DNA of 64,000 nucleotides from Spongospora subterranea f. sp. subterranea (GCA_049724395.1 JAUGWO010000092.1:1-64000), one strand, 5' to 3'; positions 49,976 to 62,608 are shown, counted from the stretch's first letter. Notes: generated by a model from the sequence alone, not told the origin. Numbers and translations: made by a program.

Positions 49976-50983
49976 ATGAGCGTCAGACGACCGTTATCGG
50001 CGGGGCCCATATCGCCCCTCCAACGAATGTCGTCCCAGGAATCGTCGGTCGACAGCGACGATTTTATATGGGACGAGGTGACGACGGCGACGATCGATGG
50101 CGATGGGAACACCGGACGGTTCGAGAAGGACATGGTGTCGAGACTGCTGTTCTCGACCGAGGAATCCAGCACGGAGACGTCGTATCTGGAGCAGAACGAC
50201 GACGAGCGATCGGTCTATTCGGATTCGGGAACGATGGAGAGGCAATTCATCAAGACGCCGTTGGGGTACGGGGCGAAACTGAATTCCAGTCGAAGCCAAA
50301 GCGCAGACTATCGTGATCTGTACGAGAAGGCACAGGACGTCGAGGACGTGACGATGGCGCAAACGGCCAGCTCAACGGGGGTACAAATCATCACCGTTCA
50401 GGCTGAAGAACCGGAACAGGATCCGGACGACGTCAAGTACGATTTCGATGGTGGCGATCGGGGGCGCCATGAATCTCGGCCCGTTCCCGATATTTTATCG
50501 CCGGACCCGATCGTATCTGAACTCGAACCCGACCCCGACACGAGCGGTGATAGCGCCATGGTTGGGGATCCGATGGGCGCAACGACCGAGGCTGCCGTCG
50601 AGATCGACGACCGCAAACCCGGCGAATGCAACGACGACGGCAAGGGACGCGCTCGACGTCGGAAGCGGATATTCACGTCGCCACCGTGGCGTCCTGGCGA
50701 TAACATCCCGTTGACCGGCGTCCGAAGCTGTAGTCCAAGGCGACAGCACCATTATCATTCATGTGGCGATTGTGTTCATGGCGCGTTCTATCACTATCCC
50801 CGGCGACAGATCGAGCAGTGCCTGTTGGCGGCGGTCGAAGGTGGCGTCGGGGTCGACGACCTGATGCAGTTCCTGAAAGGCGATCCCGGGGGGAAGACGA
50901 TCGAGGAGCTGGCAAGGACCATGATGCAGTTGAAGAAACCGACCAAGACCAAGGAGAGAACAGTGACAACCTCGTGCGTGTAA
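49976..50983 (+). CDS. Hypothetical acidic, low-complexity protein
   Basis: Long GC-rich open frame of more than 330 codons; no motif recognised. Confidence 0.5.
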   Translation: MSVRRPLSAGPISPLQRMSSQESSVDSDDFIWDEVTTATIDGDGNTGRFEKDMVSRLLFSTEESSTETSYLEQNDDERSVYSDSGTMERQFIKTPLGYGAKLNSSRSQSADYRDLYEKAQDVEDVTMAQTASSTGVQIITVQAEEPEQDPDDVKYDFDGGDRGRHESRPVPDILSPDPIVSELEPDPDTSGDSAMVGDPMGATTEAAVEIDDRKPGECNDDGKGRARRRKRIFTSPPWRPGDNIPLTGVRSCSPRRQHHYHSCGDCVHGAFYHYPRRQIEQCLLAAVEGGVGVDDLMQFLKGDPGGKTIEELARTMMQLKKPTKTKERTVTTSCV

Positions 50984-51127
50984 TACATAGATTAGATAAT
51001 TATATGAGAGATGAATGGGAAGAACGGTGGCGATAAACCAGATACGATAGAGCGGGGAAAGGGGGGGCGGGAGGAGCGGAGGAACATTGAGGACAATTGA
51101 TGACCCGTGATGGATCATGGCCAGCGA

Positions 51128-52072
51128 TCATCTCTTCTTGTACAGGCACGGTTTCAGCACGAGATTGGCCTGAGTCAACCCCGGGATCGCCTGGGCCGAT
51201 CTGCACACTTTCACGAGCGTGAACGCGACGAACATGACATTGGTCTTATCCTACGAGGCCAATAACGGGCGTTGACAGAGTAGTTGAGAATTCGCGAAAA
51301 ACCGATTTACCATATCCTGTGATTTGAACCCGAACGAGCAGATCATTTTGACGAAACCGTCAATATTTGGGATTCGGCTGCGAACTTCCACGATCTTGAG
51401 AATTCCCCCGTTGGTCAGAACACGATTGGCCTCGCGAATAAAATCGGGCCAGTTGGTGCCCATCAGCGATAGACAGAATATGGCCAGTTTGATGGAGTGA
51501 TCGGCCAAGGGCACATTGGCGATATCGCACGCGATCACACGCTCATCTTGCGCCACGAGATCGAACGAATACACCTTGTTGGGAACCGATTTGGCCAGTT
51601 TCGCCTCGCCACAACCGAAATCCGCGATGACGATCGATTGCGAATGGCGACGAACGTAGGATATGAGAAAATCGACAGGATTGACAGGCCATTTGGATAC
51701 TTGAGCTTGGAAACCCTGGTGATAAACGGTGAAGTTATCCGGGTGTTTTCGAAACAGGTCGAGGCTGTCTTGACTGGTCGATGTGTAGAGCGTCTCGTTC
51801 AGGAAACGGAACTTGGAACCGTTGAGATGAGCTGATCGCGCTTTCAGGCGACTCTGTGGCGATGTACCTGCCGCTGTAGACAAACATGAATGTCTTAGTG
51901 AGATAGATTTCGGGGGTGATGATCAACCGCTATCACCCTTGTTTGATGTCAGTTTAACAGGGCGTTGGGTCAATGGCTGAGCCATTGACCGATCATTCTT
52001 CCGTTGATTACGCAGCTTCAATCGTTTAGCGTCATTGGACATCTGCGACGGTCCCGCTTCATTGCGCTTCAT
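51128..52072 (-). CDS. RRP8: rRNA m1A methyltransferase RRP8/nucleomethylin, spliced
   Basis: LNGSKFRFLNETLYT, YHQGFQAQVSKWPVNPVD, IADFGCGEAKLA, FCLSLMGTNW, EVRSR, C-terminal LKPCLYKKR. Confidence 0.95.
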
Positions 52073-52329
52073 CTGTGTTGATCGTTTCGTAAAAAATGTC
52101 GCCTGTACGGCGACCTGGGCAGATCCAATCATGTCCAGTCCGTCACGGACTTCACCCGGACCCCGTAGTCATAGATACAGTGCGTGCCGTCCAACGGTGT
52201 GGGGGGTACAGTGTACCAGTGTCAAAGAGATGTCAAGTTGACACACAGAACTTTGGACCAGAATTATCTGAAGGCAGGTGAAGAGTTCCATGAGTACGTG
52301 TTAGCCCTATTGGTTCCTCCGCGGGCCAC

Positions 52330-53450
52330 TGAAAACAAGCAAGAGGGCTAACAAGTACACATGGAACTCTTGACCTGCATTCCGATCATTCTGGACCGAG
52401 TCTTCCTGTCTGAACAGCATTCGGTGGAACGATTGCCGTTCCTTTCAGAGCCTTGGTCAAGTGTGAAATCTGAGATCGCCCCCGCACAAGCTGTTGAGTT
52501 TGCGATGAGCTCTAGCTCGATACATCACATCCTGACCAGCAACTTAGCGTGTCCGAAAGTGCAATGTTTCGTCTAAACTCAAAGTACAAGCGGATGTCAG
52601 CGTCCCCCCCATATTGAACATGATACAGTCCGATGCCTTTGTCGTGGCCGCCGAGTTCATCTGTCAGAAGTCCAAAGGCGCCTGCGGCATCGCGTTCGGT
52701 GTCTTCCATGAACTTCTCCTGATTCTTGTCGCAATAAGTCTGAACTATCCGGTTCAGCTGTGTTGGCGTCATTCAGCCCGCTACAATTGTTGTTCGGCCG
52801 AGTCAACAGCCGCGCCGCCATCAGTGATTGTTGTTCAGCAATCACACCTGCCACGCTTCCAACACTTCAAGTTGCGGGTTGCGAGGGCTCGTTCAAGTTC
52901 AGATCATGACCAGCGCGCCCTGTTCGGGTACAATGGAACCTTGGGACCGACTGAGACCCGATGGATATTGATCTTCGTCGGTGAGGTGATGCCATTCTTC
53001 CAGTTCCAAGGCAGAATTGTCGGCATTGCACATTTTCGTAGATCACCACCACAACGTCTCTGGCCCCCGTTCAGGTCAATGACATCTCAAAGGGTAAACA
53101 TTCTCGAACCTGTGCACTGCGGAAACACTTTCTGGATCACAAATACGTTCAAATGATGAGCGGGAGCCAATTTTATGCTGAATTGCGGCAACGTTTGTTG
53201 AACGAGGGGAATACGTTGACAAACTCATGCAGTTGATCAAGTGCTGCGATTGATAACCAGTGACTGGATTCATTTGATCACGCTCCGTTTGGACAATCAT
53301 CATCGGATCACACGATATCGTATGAACAATTCATGTTGGAGCAGATCGCGCTCTACACGGGTCGTTTACTGCCAACACGCTTTTCTGGCGCCGCTACTCA
53401 TAGAGGAACACTTCACCAACACCGCCGGCAAGTTCTAAAAAGACGGTTTC
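52330..53450 (-). mobile_element. Probable hAT transposase remnant (DUF4371/ZMYM1-like)
   Basis: TPTQLNRIV...AFGLLTDELGG...LYHVQYGG..IRLYF resembles S.TIQNEII...FSL..DE.TD...L...VRY. Flanking frames are interrupted by stops, so boundaries are uncertain. Confidence 0.45.
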
Positions 53451-53910
53451 GAATGGGCTCTATCGAACGGTTCGCTTGGCAATACAGCATGGTTGGGCTC
53501 CCAGGTCTGATGCGTCGATGTCGCGGCGGAATGCTCTGATTAGTTCATCCTTTCACACGTTGGAGCTTTGATCGCGAGTTGCAATTCGACCAGCGTTGGT
53601 CATACATTCCCGTTTTACATACTGTGGACCCAACATTTCTTCCTGGTCACTTTCCCATTGCGCCAATCTATTGCAATACACAACAAGCGCCGTCGTCGTC
53701 CACCTTTGTCACAATCAGTCTCGTTCTCGTTTGTTTCCCCCTTTGTCTTTTTCCTCAGGTCACGCTGTACTGAAGTTATTGGCAGATCGCAACACAGCAC
53801 AGCTGCACCGGGTCGGCAGGATTGGTCGTGTGTAGTTGTGCCCGAGTCGTCGCACGATCAAAATTACGGTTTTATTGACTGATTGGATGCAATGACCCAA
53901 CACCCGACAG

Positions 53911-56086
53911 TCAGGTTAATTGCTTGCCAACCACCACCGAATTCACTTGCTGGATCAGACTGATCACTTGATCGCGAATAGGCTGGAAGTCGCTCTCCCG
54001 TTTTCTGGATGCGATATCTACGTGGGCGATGGTGAACATGAGGAAAACGAAAACGACAATCAATCAGTCCCGATGAACAACGTACGAGTCTCTAGTGAAT
54101 AAGCGGTTTGAGCATATGTTCTCAATTTGGCTTCCAACGTCTCTAAGCGCTTCCAATCGTCATCTACAAGTATCTAATCCCCATCAAATCAGAGCACTTT
54201 CACCAGGTACATTCGTCCAAAGATTTCACCTTCTTCCTTGATTCATAGTGTTTGCTCAGGCTCTGTACCTGCATCTGAATCGCCGCCCTTTTATGCTTGA
54301 CGGTTGCCAGTTCCTGCTGCAGCATCTGACAACGACCAACGCGTGTGTTGACAAACGAAATCGCGACGATCGTGGTTCACGAGCGGTTACCAGTTTATTC
54401 TGCGTCTCCCGCTCTTTCAGGCCCTCAATATCGGTTAGAACCGCCATCTCCCGCTGCATCTGCTCGGCTCTCGTATCGAGGCTGACCAGTTCGTCCCTGA
54501 TTTTATCGGCCAGATGGTTCACCTGCTCCAGCTCCGCTTTGCGTTTGTCCAGTTCTGAGATCAGCACAGACAACACACCAGATCAGCCCAACGCGTCGTG
54601 TCCGATCGCGCTGTCAACAAAAAACAACCTCGTTTGACTCGTTCCAACGTGACTTGCGACGCGTCGAGCTCTTTCGACTTGAACGACAGGTCGTTCTCCA
54701 TGGCCGACACCTGATTGGTTGTCGGCAGATTGTCCTTCTTGATGATCCCCTCGCTGATGTGCTCCATCAGCGCCACGATCCTGGTCTGGATCGCCTTCTT
54801 CTGGTCGGCGTCCTTGTGGCGTGTGCTCTCGAACCGGTCGATGAACTCCTGCATCGCCTTGTCCCTCTGGTACAGCGCCTCGTACTTCTTGGTGACGTCC
54901 TCGAACTCCTTCATGTTCTCCTTGTGCGTCTCGCGCTCCTGGATCGCCAGCTGAACCTGTTCGATGGCCAGCTCGAGGTCGCGCAGGCGCTCGTCCGTCG
55001 CCTTGATGATGACCGCATCCTCCTTCGCTTTCGATTGCAATCGTTCCCGCATCTGGTCAATGGTCAGATTCGCATCGCATTCTTCTCGCAGCTCATTCCT
55101 CTGTTCTTCCAATTTCTCAAATTCCTGTAATTGAGCGAGTCCCTTGAAATGAGTGCGAAACTCGTCCTTTCGCAGCAGAATCTCCTGCTCCTTTAGTTGG
55201 TTTTCGAACCCGGAAAGAACGCCGTCTTTCTTGAGAATATCACTGGACAGGTCGTCGCATTCCCCTTTCAACGATGTGTATTCGTTGTTCACGTCTCCAT
55301 GAATCTGGCTCATGCACGACTCCTCATCCGCTATCGCAACCGCAATCTCCTCTTCCAGCTTAGATCGTTGTTGATCTTGGGACGTTCGACTATATGGGCG
55401 GTCCATCAATCCCAGGACAAATCGTCAATAAACGGCGGGGACTCACCTGCTGAAAAGCTCGTCGATCTGCTGCTTCTGCTGTTCATTCTGCGATTCAACG
55501 CGCTTGACACGGTCCAATAGATCTCGTAAATCCGCCCCCGTTCTCACTTTATCATGTGCCAGATTGTAATCAGCGAGCTGCCCTTCTAGCGAATGGATCA
55601 CGCTCGTCGTGTCCTCGAACTTCTTCTGCAGATGGGCGATCGCGCTTTGATCCTGCGTCTTCAGCTGGACCTCGTCCTGGAGTTTGGCGATCTCCTCGGT
55701 CACCTCCGTGATCTTGTTGCGAAGTTCGGCAATGAAGAACGACCCGTCTGCGAACTGTCGGCCCTGGCCCGGTGTCGCCGTCCTCATTCCCGTCATTCCA
55801 TGTTGTGTCACCGGTCGGAAATCGACCTGTAGATTGACGTTGGACGGGTGTCCACCTGAGTAAAACGACCCGAGATCAGGGCGGCTGCATCGCCGGGGCC
55901 GGGAATACCGATCCATTTCATACCTGTGGCCGATGGATCATGCCCCGTCCCGATGCGGCGCAAGGCGGTGTTCGGGCGACGCGAGGCGGCGGCGACGGGG
56001 CCAGCACGACTGGCCGGGACTGGGCCGACGACACCGGGCACGAGGTGGGAGGCGATGATCGGGGCGCCAGCCTGGAATTGCTGCAT
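53911..56086 (-). CDS. IFT74: Intraflagellar transport protein 74, spliced
   Basis: RPNTALR, RPVTQHGMTGMRT...RQFADGSFFIAELRNK, LEGQLADYNLAHDK, KYEALYQRDKAMQEFID, long coiled coils, IASRKRESDF. Confidence 0.93.
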
Positions 56087-56335
56087 GGGTGGGCGGTAGA
56101 GATGGGCTGGGGAGATGGCGATGATCGAACACGTTGGAGCGCGATATCTTGGCGATGGAGAAACGGGTGTTTTGGGGCCGACGACAGAGACGAAAAGACG
56201 GTTATTCTGATGATAGTCACACATGGGGGAGGAATTTGCAGATTAGGGAAACGGTCAGGACATGAAACTGGAAAGGGGGAGGTCGTTTGAGGTTCATTTG
56301 TCGCAGACTGTTTCGTTGAATGTTTATGAGCTATA

Positions 56336-57063
56336 TTATTCCTCTTTGGAGAAGATGACCATGATGGCCATACACCCGAGCACGACGTATTTCAGTAAGG
56401 GGTAGTCGCTGAACATGATCGTTGGGAATCCAACATAGGGACACCATCTGGAGAGACAGGTCAATGATCGATCCCGTTTATCCTCGAGACAATGATGGAC
56501 TGACGCTTTAGCTCGGCCGATGATATCGGCGGGATCTAGCCAGAACTGACCGCGATTGTATAGTCCACGATCATCGACACGGTTGTTATCTCCTTTGGTT
56601 AATAATCGAGGAGGGCCATCCTTGGGATCGGATGGATAATGGACCTCCAGAACGCGATGAACAATCGGAATATCTCGCCCCTTGATTTTGAATCTGTTTT
56701 AACAAAACTCGATAAAGACGAAAGGAAATGGTGTGATGGGATAGAAACTTACACGACAATGTCACCGATTTCAATTGGATCGGAAGATAGTGTCAGGAGC
56801 AGAATATCGCCACGATAAAATGCCGGTTCCATACTCCCAGATAATACGACAACTACTGGACTTTCACTATTGGTGACCAGAACCAATCCTTTCCAGATCA
56901 CTAATGCAGTGCTTACGATCATGCCTAGATTGATGATCTGCTGGATAATCTATAGAACACGGTTGGTTCTATAAACAAGGAAGAATGGATGCTTACTAAC
57001 ATTGCGCTTATTTGTTTTATACTGGTGTTTGGCATGATGGAGCCAGGACACAACGCCGTCCAT
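56336..57063 (-). CDS. SEC11: Signal peptidase complex catalytic subunit SEC11, spliced (missed by the ORF track)
   Basis: Manual splice: MDGVVSW...[52 protein letters not shown]...|[13 protein letters not shown]...[16 protein letters not shown]...|[14 protein letters not shown]...SKEE. Confidence 0.95.
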
Positions 57064-57131
57064 GATCCGATATTCGTAATGGCGATGTGACAAATGAGAG
57101 TGGTCCGACACCCCCTAATTAACACCTGACG

Positions 57132-57600
57132 GGTTGACATCACGCGGTTGGCTCGGTTGAGGAAAGATCTCATCGGGGTTGACTGGTTGATGCTCGGTTG
57201 AGGATAGTTCTCATCGGAGTTGACTGGTTGATGCTCGGTTGAGGAGACTGGTTGATGTCCTCATCGAGGTTGACTGGTTGATTACCTTGGTTGAGGAGAG
57301 TCCTCATCGAGGTTGACTGGTTGATTACCTTGGTTGAGGAGAGTCCTCATCGAGGTTGACTGGTTGATTTGCTCGGTTGAGGAGAGTCCTCATAGAGGTT
57401 GACTGGTTGATTACCTTGGTTGAGGAGAGGTCATGTTACCAGGTTGACTTCAATGGTTGGCTCGGTTGACGAATGTTCTCATCGGGGTTGACCGGTTTAG
57501 CTTGGTTGAGGGTCAATGGTTGGTTCGGTTGAAGAAATTTTTCACAGCACGAGATAGGTTGATTTTCTTGGTTGATGGCTGTTCTCGCAGTTGGTTGGTT
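57132..57600. repeat. GGTTGA-rich minisatellite with four 43-bp core units and degenerate flanking units
   Basis: GTCCTCATCGAGGTTGACTGGTTGATTACCTTGGTTGAGGAGA units start at 57257, 57300, 57343 and 57386; the first two are identical. Confidence 0.95.
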
Positions 57601-57836
57601 GGGCGGAGCCACTGTATGGGTCATCTCATCTTGCCCATTCACGCCAAGTGTGGTTCGCGGCCTCCGAATTCGTCTGATGTGTGACAGGACACTGCAGTGT
57701 ATGCATGCATGACGTGATCCCCAGTGCAGGCATGCACTGGTACAGTGGGGCTCTGGTACAGTAACTCTCATCTCATAGTGAACCTGATAAAGGATCATCG
57801 TCTGATCAATCGTTCATTGTCTATAGAGTATTGTAT

Positions 57837-58307
57837 ATGGCGAACCAATATTATTCGAAGGAGTCTGTCAAACAGGTTCTTGAGAACGGGTACAACAAGG
57901 TAAACTTATGTGCCCAGCAACTGCTGAAAGGGAGCACATCGCGTGATGATTTACTCTTCATTGATATCTGTATATTGGGATGCGGAGGACTTGTGTCCAT
58001 ATTATTTCCCGGTTTGATATCTGGATTGTTCGGAGGGGAGTTCGCCTCTGGGACAGTTATGAGCACAGCTACCAGGAGCATTGGCGTCTATATGATCGGA
58101 ATGGCCTGTCTAATTCAATCGATATCTGCTCATCCTTCTAACCTAACTATACGGGCGATTATGGTGTTTTGGTGTTTAGCTTCATTCAACAGCTTTTACA
58201 TTATCGCATATACTCAAACGGGATCAATACTGTATTATATATGTTTGGTCATGAATGGTGCTTTAGCTGTTGCCCATTCTATTGAAGGAAAGCTGATTAA
58301 AGTCTAA
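57837..58307 (+). CDS. Hypothetical small multi-pass membrane protein
   Basis: Intact ORF with about four hydrophobic segments. Confidence 0.6.
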   Translation: MANQYYSKESVKQVLENGYNKVNLCAQQLLKGSTSRDDLLFIDICILGCGGLVSILFPGLISGLFGGEFASGTVMSTATRSIGVYMIGMACLIQSISAHPSNLTIRAIMVFWCLASFNSFYIIAYTQTGSILYYICLVMNGALAVAHSIEGKLIKV

Positions 58308-58406
58308 TTCAGATTCCGAATACATATGTGTTCTGTCGGGTTAATCAAATGGTCTCCCTCATTTCGCATACCAATACCATATCGCTTAGCCCAACATCTT
58401 TTGCTA

Positions 58407-58595
58407 ATGATCTCGAACAGGCTTTTCAATCGCAATCACCCACTTAATCGATATCTGGAGATGATCTCGAACAAACCTCTAATTCACAATCACCCCCTTA
58501 ATCGATTCTGATGATGATCTCGAACACGCCCCATGAATTAACCAATATTTGGTGATGATTTTGAACATTTGACAACCGATCACTTAACCGATATG
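58407..58595. repeat. Degenerate tandem repeat with a period of about 54 bp
   Basis: atgatctcgaaca...aatcaccc.cttaatcgat units at 58407, 58461 and 58514, with a decayed fourth at about 58555. Confidence 0.8.
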
Positions 58596-58812
58596 TACTA
58601 TCCATATCTCCCGATAGTCTTTATCCTTTTTCCAACGGCTATCCCATCTTATCTATCGATACTACCATCGTACTGTATCTGGTTTATCCCAAGATATTTT
58701 TGCCAGATGCTGTAGGATAGTATCGAGCCCGTACTTGCCCTTGGAATTGCATTGGATGTTAAATATCGTGACCATTTTGTTTCTTTTGATTGGCTAAATA
58801 GGATAAAAGGCG

Positions 58813-59706
58813 ATGTCGTTATTCCAAACCCGGGTCCACGATGCTCGTGATATGAGTCTCGTCAGTTTTCCGACATATGAAGACTATCTCGACTCGCAAA
58901 TTACAGCGAAGGATCGGCAATATTTGGATGTGGGTATATGGTTAATTAGGCGTCGGATTAGGAACTGAGCGACAGGTTTTTGCACAGAGCGATGACCTTG
59001 CCAGACAACTAGTGGAATTGGGATATCGAGGTCATGGATATACCTTGAAGCGGGAAGAGTTTATTCAGAAGAAGCGGGAAGCGCTCGATCTTGACAATAA
59101 ACCCGTCGAGAAGACGGCACAGATGAACCTGACGGGTTCAGGGAAAGACCTCCGCCAATATCCGTTCCTTGAGGCGTTAGCCGCACGGGAACAAGATATA
59201 CTCAACGGGAAACTAACGGTTTGTGCTAGTTCTGTTTTTTTCTCGCTTGAAAAGGGATTCTGATTTCTTGTTCACAGTCAATAATATTTGTCAGAGATAA
59301 GAACAGTAAAGGCCAAGAAATATCGGGTTACATCGATTACACTCAACGACTAAAAACCGACGATTTTGAGCAATACTTTCTACGTAAAAAACGATTCCTT
59401 CCGCGGTCAACAGATTTGAGGTGAGTTAGTGAAATAGGAATCAAATATCAACGATATTTATTGCTGATTGGTTTCAGCTTTTACAACTGGGATACACAAT
59501 CGACAGCGTCGACATCGTCTGCCAATTTTCAAGTCATTGCCGAAAGTAGTTCAGGAATACTGTTCAAGAATAAGCGCGATCGCAAGATCGTGAACGTCGA
59601 TCCGCGCGCGCAATGTGGCGATAATTCCACACGAACGGTCATCAAATCGGACGAATATATCCAGATTGTGATATACGATCATCTAACAAGAAGGAAGGCC
59701 GAATAA
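58813..59706 (+). CDS. CFAP299: Cilia- and flagella-associated protein 299 (DUF4464), spliced
   Basis: [64 protein letters not shown]...GDNSTR...IYDHLTRRK. Confidence 0.92.
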
Positions 59707-59996
59707 CGTGTTTATCGATCTCGCTCGCAATCACAACCGTTATAAAATTCAAACTGAATCGTCTATTGGAAACATCCAGAAATCTTTGCAGAACTCAATG
59801 ACTGTTTTATAGAACGATAAGTCGTGGTCTGGGATTATTTGTCGGTTTTGCTGTGTTGAAGCGCGCAGTTGTCCAACTGGTCGTTTCGCACTGTTGGTCG
59901 TTGGCCGTTCGCAGAGTCAGGTCAACGGATTGAGGGGCCAATCGCAGCGCCATTCGACTGCTGTCCAGCGGTTTTCCTCACCGATTGCTCGTGGCC

Positions 59997-60892
59997 ATGA
60001 GGTCGCCCAGCAGGAAAAGGGCGTCCGACCTTCGGGGAAGAACTCCAACGTCCGATTTCTCGGTTGATGAACCAATGAAGAAGCCCAAGATTGACGAATC
60101 CGTCAAAGAAAATATCGCTCTGGTAACGGTTCGTCAGGATCAAAAACTCTGATAATGAATAACGGCAACGTGCGATTTCGTGCAGCCAGAAACGTCTGGA
60201 CCTAATTATTGGCTGTTCAAATCCGAACCTCTTTCTCGTATCGAACAGGGAATCGTACGTTGTTGAACATTCCATTCACGAGTCGGGTGAAATCTTCACA
60301 GAGGCAATGACATGAGAGTTGTGTGTGTGTGTTTTCAGGAGATGAAATTCTCTATCGATGATCTAGCGGCTGCACCAAATCAGACGTCGTGCTGGGACGG
60401 TGTCAGAAATTATCAGGTTCGTCGTCGTCGTTGGGATCGCCCTTGGAAGCGCGGCTTTGACCAACCGCTCATGGTTCAGGCTCGAAATATGATGCGAGAC
60501 AAGATGAAGGCGGGCGACCTTGGGTTCTTCTACCATAGTTCGTGTCCAGAACCGGGTATTGTTGGAATCGTCAAGGTATATTGGGGTCTCCGCTGGAACA
60601 CGCCCTGTTTGTTGAAACCGCCGAATCAAAGGTGACCAAAGAATCCTATCCGGACCACTCGTCGTGGAACAAGTCCAGCGGGCATTTCGACCCACGATCG
60701 GTCCCCGAATCGCCGATCTGGTTCATGGTCGACGTCCAGCTCGTTCGCCGCCTGTCCCGGCTGATCAGCCTGCACGAACTGAAAGGGTATTCCGATGAGC
60801 TTCAGGGACTGCGGCTGATCGCTCGCGGATCCCGTCTGTCCATTCAACCTGTTGCGCCCGATCATTGGCACAGAATACTGGCTCTTGAATGA
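59997..60892 (+). CDS. THYN1: EVE-domain protein (thymocyte nuclear protein 1-like), spliced
   Basis: NYWLFKSEP, FSIDDL...TSCWDGVRNYQ|ARNMMRDKMKAGDLGFFYHSSCPEPGIVG, WFMVDV, RLSIQPV. Confidence 0.92.
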
Positions 60893-60998
60893 CCACCGTC
60901 CCCCAATACACAGAAGCGGAAATCGCCACACTCACAAATCAACACTTTGGGTTTTGAGTTTGCGTTATCAACAACCGGGTTCGTTATTCGCTAATCGA

Positions 60999-62608
60999 TC
61001 AGGTATTTATTGGCTGGCACGGCTGTCGAGCATTCAGGACGCAGCACGTGATTCTCGCCTTCTGTTCGGTCAGAACGCGCCTGTTTTGTTTGGCGAACTC
61101 GATCCCGGTCATGACTTGCCCTGGGTCGCAAGCGAGTTCGCTCCATCCCGGGAAGGTTCTCACTCCAACGACCCAGTCATTCGTTGTGCACCTGACGAAT
61201 TTCTCCTTGCTTCTTCGACAGGTTATGCTCCAGAATGGTTTGAACGCCCGCGCTGCAGATAAATGTTTCGCAGCCGACACCAGATCTGGCTGCGCCAGCG
61301 TTGTTCGTTCCAATTTCAGCGATGTGATGAACGCGTTCGTCTGATTGCACTTGAACGATTGCGCTTGTTTCGGTTCGCGTACGAGCGGGCTCGTTTCCAG
61401 TCCATAATCGCCGGCCTGGATTGTGTCTTCCGGGATCGCCAAACACCCAGAGCTGATCTTGTATTTATAGGGAGACGCTTTCGAGTAAGTAAAGCGCAAA
61501 CCGGTAAGAGCGCGCGAATTGTTGCACGATAGCACTTTGTCCACTCTCGTCACTGAAAGACCGTTCGAGATCCATTTGTCGGCGTAGTTGGTTGGAGGGC
61601 AAAACGGCATCGGCAGGCTCGAATCATCGTTGCTCTCGTCGCACTTCGCGTTCGGGACCGTCTCGCAGAAGCTGTGTAGCGCTTTCACCACGTGCGGCTT
61701 CAGCTCGGCGCCGACGATCTCGCTGATCGGGGTCAACGTGTAGCGGATGGGGAGGACGTCCTGGCTCATGGTCAGGTTGACCCAATCCTCAGTGTCGGAG
61801 CTGATCATGGACAGCCCGCCGATGGCGAAAATCTCAGACGACACCAGCATTTGCTTGACCATATCGTCTTTGGTTCTGTCGTTATTGATCCCCGACTTCA
61901 GATACGCCCTCTCTGCGATCGCTTGAGCGGCCAGTTTCACGTTCACATTCCATGTCAGCGCGCGCCCCGTCGCTTTTCGAGAAATTTCCTGCCGAATTGA
62001 GAATCGAGACCCAAACGCCACTCTGGAAAACAATCAGTTCGTCGAGGGTTTCGTTTGAGAAAACGTGCCATGTACTGTGAGGCGACGTGAGTTCCAAATT
62101 GCCGAAATAATCTCCAATAAAGATCTCCATTGTGGAACTCGAACTTCTTCGGCAGCGTCTCCAACGCTTTTTGAAAGTTTTTCGACATTCGTGGAGGTGT
62201 GTTCCTGAACGAGAACGACGGTCAGCGGATGAATCCGGATCGTTTTCCGAAAACGAAAGGAACGAGACCACTCTATATGAGCTGTGTACGCTTCACATTT
62301 CGACGTCGTCTCCATGAAGATGCTGCCCGCCTCCTGGATCCGGTCCTCGACCCGTTTCGCCCCGGAGCTGGCCGAGAACGCCACGCCGCGAAACCCGCCC
62401 ACCGTTCCCACCACTTCGGCCGCCAGCGCCTGGCGATAGGACTTCGCCCCCGTCACCTGAACGGTTTCGAAGTTCTTGGAGCAACTCAGCGCCCACTCGG
62501 CTGAGACGCCATCCGGTAAATTGAACCGGAAATCGGACGAGGTTTTTTTCTTCTCATAGGAACCGACTTCGTAGACGACACTCTGAAACCCCTATCAAAA
62601 ACGCTTCA

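Noticed and set aside
52512..52772. Polinton-type DNA polymerase B, from FGLLTDELGG
   Set aside because: The following K.Y motif and other PolB motifs are absent; the context fits a hAT transposase better.
57132..57600. CRISPR-like array
   Set aside because: Units are contiguous tandem copies with no unique spacers, there are no cas genes, and the context is eukaryotic.
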